Below, piece after piece: positions 58,649-64,000 of a DNA stretch of 64,000 bases. Under the pieces are notes generated by a model, which was not told the DNA's origin, searched no databases, and worked only from the letters and a program-made list of their open reading frames with translations. A program made the position numbers and the translations under genes. How positions within the stretch are numbered: position 1 is the first letter of the stretch; each line of letters opens with the position of its first letter. Origin of the DNA: Candidatus Poribacteria bacterium (GTDB lineage: Bacteria; Poribacteria; WGA-4E; WGA-3G); assembly GCA_965198235.1 (NCBI GenBank), contig OZ240248.1, positions 3,392,001 to 3,456,000 of the forward strand. The letters are read 5' to 3'.

Positions 58649-59296
58649 TCATTTAAAAATGCTCTTGCTGTTCCGCTGTGGCGTGTTTAAGGTTCCAGAG
58701 TGAAGGTTCTGAAGATGGTCGTCCGCAACCTTCGTCCAATTCGTTCCATGCGCGTGCTCCTTCATTCGATGGAGCCGGCTTTCTGTTTCCCACGCATCGT
58801 TTCGGAGATGATGTGTGATGAGTGCCTCCTCTAAATTGCGTTGGATGTGCTGCTGACGATATTGTTCGATCCGGGCATCAGCGGATTGCATTTCGGTCAA
58901 TCGCAGCACCGGTTCGGGTTGAAACGGATTTCCCATGAGGAGGGCGATCGTAATTAAAGCGATGGCGACAGTACTCGCAGCAGCGGTTCTTTGCCACCGG
59001 AAGAGAGAGCCGAAGTTAACAAGGTACGCACGGACCCGCGAAAGCAGTGTTTGCTCGTGTGCCGCGGCGAGACGTTTGTACACATTCATTTCAATATCTT
59101 GTAAAGCGAGTTCGGGCACGCGCAATTCTGCTTGTGCCTTGTCTGTCAACTGTAGGACAGTGCTAAAAGATTGGACTGCTTCGGTACAATCCGGACAGTT
59201 CTTAAGGTGTTCTTTGAAGGGTTCCTCTTCTTCTGGCGACAGAAGTTTGGAAGCATAATCAATCGCTTGCCCTTCGGATTTTATACATTTAGGCAT
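58649..59296 (-). CDS. Zinc-binding (zf-HC2/ZAS) transmembrane anti-sigma factor
   Basis: HLKNCPDC, one TM, directly downstream of the ECF sigma. Confidence 0.85.
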   Translation of the reverse strand: MPKCIKSEGQAIDYASKLLSPEEEEPFKEHLKNCPDCTEAVQSFSTVLQLTDKAQAELRVPELALQDIEMNVYKRLAAAHEQTLLSRVRAYLVNFGSLFRWQRTAAASTVAIALITIALLMGNPFQPEPVLRLTEMQSADARIEQYRQQHIQRNLEEALITHHLRNDAWETESRLHRMKEHAHGTNWTKVADDHLQNLHSGTLNTPQRNSKSIFK

Positions 59297-59313
59297 AAAC
59301 TCTTCTCCTTTCT

Positions 59314-59895
59314 TTAGATTTCATTATTTTCCCAGAGGGGGCGCAACAACGTTTGCAGACGTTTTACCGCACGGTGAAGGTGAATTTTCACGGTCCCTTC
59401 CGCCATATCCAGCGTTTTAGCGACCTCTTTAAGTTGTAAACCTTCATATCGACTTAACATAAAGACTGCTTTCTGTTTCGGGGAGAGCTGATCGACCGCC
59501 TCACGGATGATACGTCCGCGTTCCTGCTCTTCTACTTGCTGTACGGGGTCGCTGTGAAGATCGGTGGCGACGAGGTTCGCTTCAGGGATTTCCATGTCCT
59601 CTAAGGCATAGACAGGATGCCGCCCTTTCGTACGGTGATAATCAATAGCGAGATTGGACGCGATCTTGTAGAGCCATGTTGAAAACTTGGCTTTCGGTTG
59701 CCAATTCTCAAGGGCGCGGTACGCCTTAAAAAAAACTTCGATGGTGATATCCTCAGCATCCTCATAATTTCTGACAGAACGCAGAAGGTACGAGAAAATC
59801 TTGGCTTTGTAGCGTTTCATCAACTCATCAAAAGCATTTTGGCGACCGGATTGAAACTGAGCAACTAACATTTCATCGTCAATCAATTTGTCCAT
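59314..59895 (-). CDS. ECF RNA polymerase sigma factor
   Basis: DEMLV, DAEDIT.EVFFKA, FSTWLYKIASN, GTVKIHLHRA; ATG at 59895 preferred over the repeat-derived extension. Confidence 0.95.
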   Translation of the reverse strand: MDKLIDDEMLVAQFQSGRQNAFDELMKRYKAKIFSYLLRSVRNYEDAEDITIEVFFKAYRALENWQPKAKFSTWLYKIASNLAIDYHRTKGRHPVYALEDMEIPEANLVATDLHSDPVQQVEEQERGRIIREAVDQLSPKQKAVFMLSRYEGLQLKEVAKTLDMAEGTVKIHLHRAVKRLQTLLRPLWENNEI

Positions 59896-59919
59896 AATTC
59901 CCGCTATACACATGCTGAA

Positions 59920-60033
59920 GAAATCCGCAGAAATCCGCAGAAATCCGCAGAAACACCCTATCAAAAACCCCTATCAAAAACCCCAAGCAATACGCAAAAA
60001 TGCCCAAGCAAAAACACCCCAAGCAAAAACACC
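59920..60033. repeat. Tandem GAAATCCGCA and CCC(TAT/AAG)CAAAAAC module array
   Basis: The same modules occur at 19563, 31009, 32647, 36197, 60238 and 60280. Confidence 0.85.
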
Positions 60034-60105
60034 CGCTGGGGCTAAAATACGTCCAAACCTACACCACTATTCTCCCCGACTTTTTAAACGAAAGCCATTA
60101 AAATA

Positions 60106-60134
60106 AGTTTACAAAATTTGTAATCGATTGTCAA
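60106..60134 (-). promoter_or_regulatory. Sigma70 promoter of the ECF operon with a palindromic operator candidate
   Basis: TTGACA-N17-TAAACT; palindrome TTACAAA-A-TTTGTAA at 60109-60123. Confidence 0.6.
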
Positions 60135-60192
60135 GAATCTTTGGTTTTGCTACAGAGGTATTCAATTTTCCTGAAACATTTACGCCTCAATT

Positions 60193-60376
60193 TATAGTAA
60201 AGCCCGAAAATATGTAGACAGTTGTTCAGTGAACGAGGGAAACACCCTATCAAAAACCCCACCACCACCGCTGGCGAGGGTGTTTTTGATAGGGGTTTTT
60301 GCTTGGGTATTTCTGCGGATTTCCCCTAGTATCCTCGCCTCCTCGTAATGTCTAAGTAATTGTGGATTTTACTATA
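60193..60376. mobile_element. MITE-like element with TATAGTAAA..TAGACA termini
   Basis: Imperfect 28-bp TIR TATAGTAAAGCCCGAAAATATGTAGACA / TGTCTAAGTAATTGTGGATTTTACTATA enclosing a split GGCGAGG/CCTCGCC palindrome. Confidence 0.7.
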
Positions 60377-60599
60377 AGTAAGAAAGGGCGTGTTGAGTTT
60401 CGTTGCAATATCGGGATTTCAAGCAAAATACAACACCGAGAACCTGTCCCGATCTTCGGAATCTAAAGCTTTACTATAAAACACTTGATTTTCGCGCGCA
60501 GTTGGTTTAAAATAGATGCTTCGTAAGGCAAACTGAATTAAATTGATTCGTAGGACGTGGGCTGCGTACCGCTGTCCTATGCTAATGGAGGTATTTTTT

Positions 60600-61631
60600 G
60601 TGGCACACACACATACCCATCCCGAACAAAAGCCTTTGTTTATTCCTGCTTCGGCGACAGCGGAACAGATGGCACAAGCGGCAGGGAACTTTCTGGATAC
60701 ATTAACGCCGGCGTTACATCAAAAGGCAGCACTTCCATTTGATGGAAATGAACGGCTCCGGTGGCACTACATTCCAATCGAAATGTGGGAGCGGGAAGGC
60801 GTTTCTCTCAACGAACTGAATACAAAGCAGCAAGAAACAGCGTTCGCTCTCATGGAAAGTGGCTTGAGTGTGAAGGGTTATCAGAAAGCGCGCGCAATTA
60901 TTAATTTGGAGACAACGCTTGGCGAGATTGAAAAATCCGCTGGGGAAGCAAGATTGGTGCGCGACCCTGGACTCTATTTTTTCACCGTTTTCGGCGATCC
61001 GACCGGCAATGGTGCCTGGGGATGGCGTGCTGAAGGACATCATGTTTCCCTCAATTTTACTGTCGTTAATCGTGAACTCATTTCGCCAAACCCGTCTTTT
61101 TTCGGTTCAAACCCAGCAGAGGTGCCGCAAGGTGAGAAAAAAGGATTAAGAGTTCTCTCTGCCGAGGAAGATATGGCGCGTCAACTCCTTACAAGCCTGA
61201 ACGCCATGCAGAAGCGTGAGACAATCATCAATGCGGATGCACCGTCCGATATTTTGACACGCGACGTACCTAAAGTTGAGTTTGAGGCTGTTGAAGGGTT
61301 AGCCGCAGAATCTATGGAAACATCCCAACGTGAACTCCTGATGAACCTCGTCCATGAATACATTGATCGACTGCCTGACGAGGTCGCCCAAATCGAACTC
61401 CGAAAACTACGCGAAGGGAGCGTCAACGATATCCATTTCGCTTGGGCGGGAGGAGAAACTCCGAAAACACCCCACTACTATAGGCTTCACGGTCCATTTT
61501 TCTTTGTGGAGTATGATAACACGCAGAATAATGCGAACCACATCCACTCCGTGTGGCGGCACATCGCAGACGATTTTGGTGTCGATCTGCTTCGGTTACA
61601 CTATCACAAATCCGACCATCACGATCATTAG
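60600..61631 (+). CDS. DUF3500 domain protein
   Basis: R..WHYIP, YFFTVFGDP, WGWRAEGHHVSLN, EYDNTQNNANHIHSVWR; GGAGG RBS with GTG start. Confidence 0.88.
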   Translation: MAHTHTHPEQKPLFIPASATAEQMAQAAGNFLDTLTPALHQKAALPFDGNERLRWHYIPIEMWEREGVSLNELNTKQQETAFALMESGLSVKGYQKARAIINLETTLGEIEKSAGEARLVRDPGLYFFTVFGDPTGNGAWGWRAEGHHVSLNFTVVNRELISPNPSFFGSNPAEVPQGEKKGLRVLSAEEDMARQLLTSLNAMQKRETIINADAPSDILTRDVPKVEFEAVEGLAAESMETSQRELLMNLVHEYIDRLPDEVAQIELRKLREGSVNDIHFAWAGGETPKTPHYYRLHGPFFFVEYDNTQNNANHIHSVWRHIADDFGVDLLRLHYHKSDHHDH

Positions 61632-61646
61632 ATGTATCAAGTCCAC

Positions 61647-61674
61647 AAAAAAGCCGCCAACCTTGGCGGCTTTT
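61647..61674. terminator. Bidirectional intrinsic terminator
   Basis: AAAAAAGCCGCCAA-CC-TTGGCGGCTTTT between convergent genes. Confidence 0.88.
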
Positions 61675-61696
61675 CCTGTTTTTTTACGGGGTCTCT

Positions 61697-62539
61697 TTAT
61701 CGAACGGATTTTAGAGTGCCCCATATTGTGGCTAACTTATGAGAGGGTTCAACGGCAAGTTGTTCACTGGTAAGGACGACTAAACCCGTATGCTCCGAGT
61801 TCTTTCCGAAAACAATAGAATGGGTATACCAGCCACTCCACCCCTTCTGTCCCTCTTGTCCTGCTTCTCTGTCACCGTCATTGACACAGATACCGAGTCC
61901 GAATTTAAACCCTTCGCTGAATTTCTTGCCTTTTACTTGCAACTCTTCGGCGGTGAATCTGAGTTCATAGTAGGTTTCCTTTTCAGCCTCGTTTCGGACA
62001 ATCGCGATATCTTCATCGGGGGCGATACCTTTACCACCCGGATTCTCGTTGAGTGCCCCTGGAAGAATGTCCTTTGCTTTATCATCTAAACCTACATTGT
62101 AGAGCCACATCGGTAACCCAGCACTCCGTCTGCCGCTCATTTCAAAAGCAAGTTGCGCGCCATCGCCATTCCACGCAGCGGCAGCGGCATGTTCATGTTC
62201 GTCATCATCGACGGCGATCACAATATAGATTGCCTCAGGATCCCAGAGAATCGCGAAACAGGTTTGATGGTCATTGGCTCCTTTCCATTTTCCACCATTG
62301 TGCTCTTGAAACACATTTCCAGCATATTCGACCCCACAAAAAATAGTTCCGTCGGTTCCTTTAACTGTTTCAAAGACCCCTTCCCAGTACTCACTGAAAT
62401 CACCTATCTTAATGTCAACACCCGGCGGGATTGTGAATGCATTGTAAACGTCATGGGTTTTACTACGCCATTGCGCAGATACCATCGTATTTGTGACGAA
62501 AACGAGCAGTGCTATTGCGGTTAAAACATGCTTTTTCAT
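61697..62539 (-). CDS. Secreted CBM9/DOMON-like sugar-binding protein with C-terminal TWG motif
   Basis: Signal peptide; LWDPEAIYI..V.DD, WNGD, YE..F, VNDGD; ends AVEPSHKLATIWGTLKSVR. Confidence 0.78.
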   Translation of the reverse strand: MKKHVLTAIALLVFVTNTMVSAQWRSKTHDVYNAFTIPPGVDIKIGDFSEYWEGVFETVKGTDGTIFCGVEYAGNVFQEHNGGKWKGANDHQTCFAILWDPEAIYIVIAVDDDEHEHAAAAAWNGDGAQLAFEMSGRRSAGLPMWLYNVGLDDKAKDILPGALNENPGGKGIAPDEDIAIVRNEAEKETYYELRFTAEELQVKGKKFSEGFKFGLGICVNDGDREAGQEGQKGWSGWYTHSIVFGKNSEHTGLVVLTSEQLAVEPSHKLATIWGTLKSVR

Positions 62540-62554
62540 TTTTCTTTTCCTCAA

Positions 62555-64000
62555 TTATCTATTACCAATAATTTTACCAACGTCATCGCCACCCAAGCAG
62601 AAAATGTATCGGTCGCTGGAGCCGATGTAAAGCAATTCGTTGGCAATCGCGGGTGATGAATACAATTCTATGTTCCGGTTAATAATTCTCGTATCAAATT
62701 CCCACTGCACCTTCCCATCACCAGAAGAAAGCGCGTAGATGTACCCGTTTTTCGTTGCCGCATAGACGGTATCCATCGTTACAGCCGGTGAAGAAACAAC
62801 CGGTCCACCGAGGTCGGTTTTCCAGTTGAGCGTTCCATCTGTTGACTGGAGAGAATAGACGGACCCATCGCGCGAACCGAAGGTAACGTAACCGTTCTGA
62901 ACGGCGATTGCAGTTAGGACGGCATCTTCTGCCTCATATTCCCATACGATGTCGCCAGTTTCCGCGTCAAGCGCGACAACTTTACCAGCGGGTATCGGAT
63001 CACTATCGGAAAAATTACCCCTTCCAAGCCCAAAATAGACAATATTTTCTTCTGCGCTGGGGCTTCCCCACACCGGATACTGCATCTGTTTCGACCATGC
63101 CTCAGCACCTGTTTGGGCATCGACAGCGTAAATCCGATAATCCCCATAACCTGTACCGAAGTAAACCTTGTCATTATGAACGACTGGCGACATGTCAGCG
63201 TGGACATCTTCATAGTGCCAAATTTGTTGCCCCTCTAACGCATCAATACAGTAGACTCCATCAGCACCTGCTGTAAAATAGAGTTTTCCCTGACTGATGA
63301 ATGGGGTTGATTCAACATGGCTCGCTGTTTGGAATGACCAGATGGATTCACCCGTGTGTGCGTCAAGGCACCGCAGGTGACAATCGCTATCGTGATGATA
63401 ACCTTCACCAATGTAAACCCTGCCGCCGGCAACCGCGGGCGATGAAAATATTGGGATCGGAGAAGTATACTGCCAGAGAATCTTCTGCGATTCCGTATCA
63501 ATACAGTAAGTTGCACCGCCTAACGAAAAGATCGAGCCATGTGCAGAACCGATATAAAGTCGATTCCCAACAACCGCTGGAGACGAGGAGAAATCAACCG
63601 CCATCGGCTCTTCATCTTTGAAAACCCATGTGGGTGTTCCGCTTATTGGTCCTGGGAGGGTATCTACATGTCCCGTTCGACTTTTTCCACCTCGGAAACT
63701 TGACCACGGCTCGCTCGTATGTGTATTCCGTATTCCTGTTCCCTGAACCGTTGCTTCAGGCGATGAGATCATCGGATTTAGCGTCGTCCGAATCAGGGTA
63801 TAGGTCCCCCATCCGAATCCCACAAGAATAATGACACTCAGAATAGAGGTAGAAACCTTATGGACAGCCGCGAAGTCGCGGAACTTGTAGAAGAGCATTC
63901 TGGTCGTGTCCCGTGCAAACACAAGCCCAGTTATCAGGGCAACGCCGACAAAGGCAAGGATCTGTGGAACGATGCTTAGCAATGCCGTGAGCGGTCCCAG
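62555..64000 (-). CDS. Membrane-anchored PQQ-like (BamB-type) beta-propeller protein, 5' partial
   Basis: Repeated SSPAV, GS.DG.VY and G...W motifs; the frame is open to the window edge. Confidence 0.88.
   Translation of the reverse strand: MGPLTALLSIVPQILAFVGVALITGLVFARDTTRMLFYKFRDFAAVHKVSTSILSVIILVGFGWGTYTLIRTTLNPMISSPEATVQGTGIRNTHTSEPWSSFRGGKSRTGHVDTLPGPISGTPTWVFKDEEPMAVDFSSSPAVVGNRLYIGSAHGSIFSLGGATYCIDTESQKILWQYTSPIPIFSSPAVAGGRVYIGEGYHHDSDCHLRCLDAHTGESIWSFQTASHVESTPFISQGKLYFTAGADGVYCIDALEGQQIWHYEDVHADMSPVVHNDKVYFGTGYGDYRIYAVDAQTGAEAWSKQMQYPVWGSPSAEENIVYFGLGRGNFSDSDPIPAGKVVALDAETGDIVWEYEAEDAVLTAIAVQNGYVTFGSRDGSVYSLQSTDGTLNWKTDLGGPVVSSPAVTMDTVYAATKNGYIYALSSGDGKVQWEFDTRIINRNIELYSSPAIANELLYIGSSDRYIFCLGGDDVGKIIGNR

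Noticed and set aside
59896-59964. N-terminal extension of the ECF sigma
   Set aside because: It is translated tandem repeat; sigma homology begins at MDKLIDDE.

Overview
A gene-dense bacterial window, probably from Candidatus Poribacteria (inferred from the C-terminal 'KLATxWGxLK' motif, five PhyH dioxygenases, three sulfatases, two DUF6785-type membrane proteins and TPR/FG-GAP proteins). Housekeeping genes are serS, tRNA-Val/tRNA-Asp, purQ/purL, rph, rdgB, efp, accB/accC and pncB. Regulatory genes include a SufR-like regulator, an RsbW/RsbV/SpoIIE partner switch next to DUF58 and vWA genes, and an ECF sigma/anti-sigma pair. There is no CRISPR array and no intact transposase. Three signals stand out. 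(1) Three orphan, promoter-driven structured non-coding loci resemble RNAs of mobile elements: a TnpB omegaRNA/right-end-like locus at the accC stop, an IS110 non-coding-end-like locus, and a c4-like RNA. (2) A compact UvrD helicase carries an internal GIY-YIG nuclease domain and lies 10 bp downstream of a small membrane protein. (3) A dense set of REP/MITE-like palindromic repeats nest inside one another, insert in frame into proteins including PurL, and supply start codons, signal-peptide n-regions and stop codons to host genes. All family assignments come from motif recognition by eye; no searches were run.
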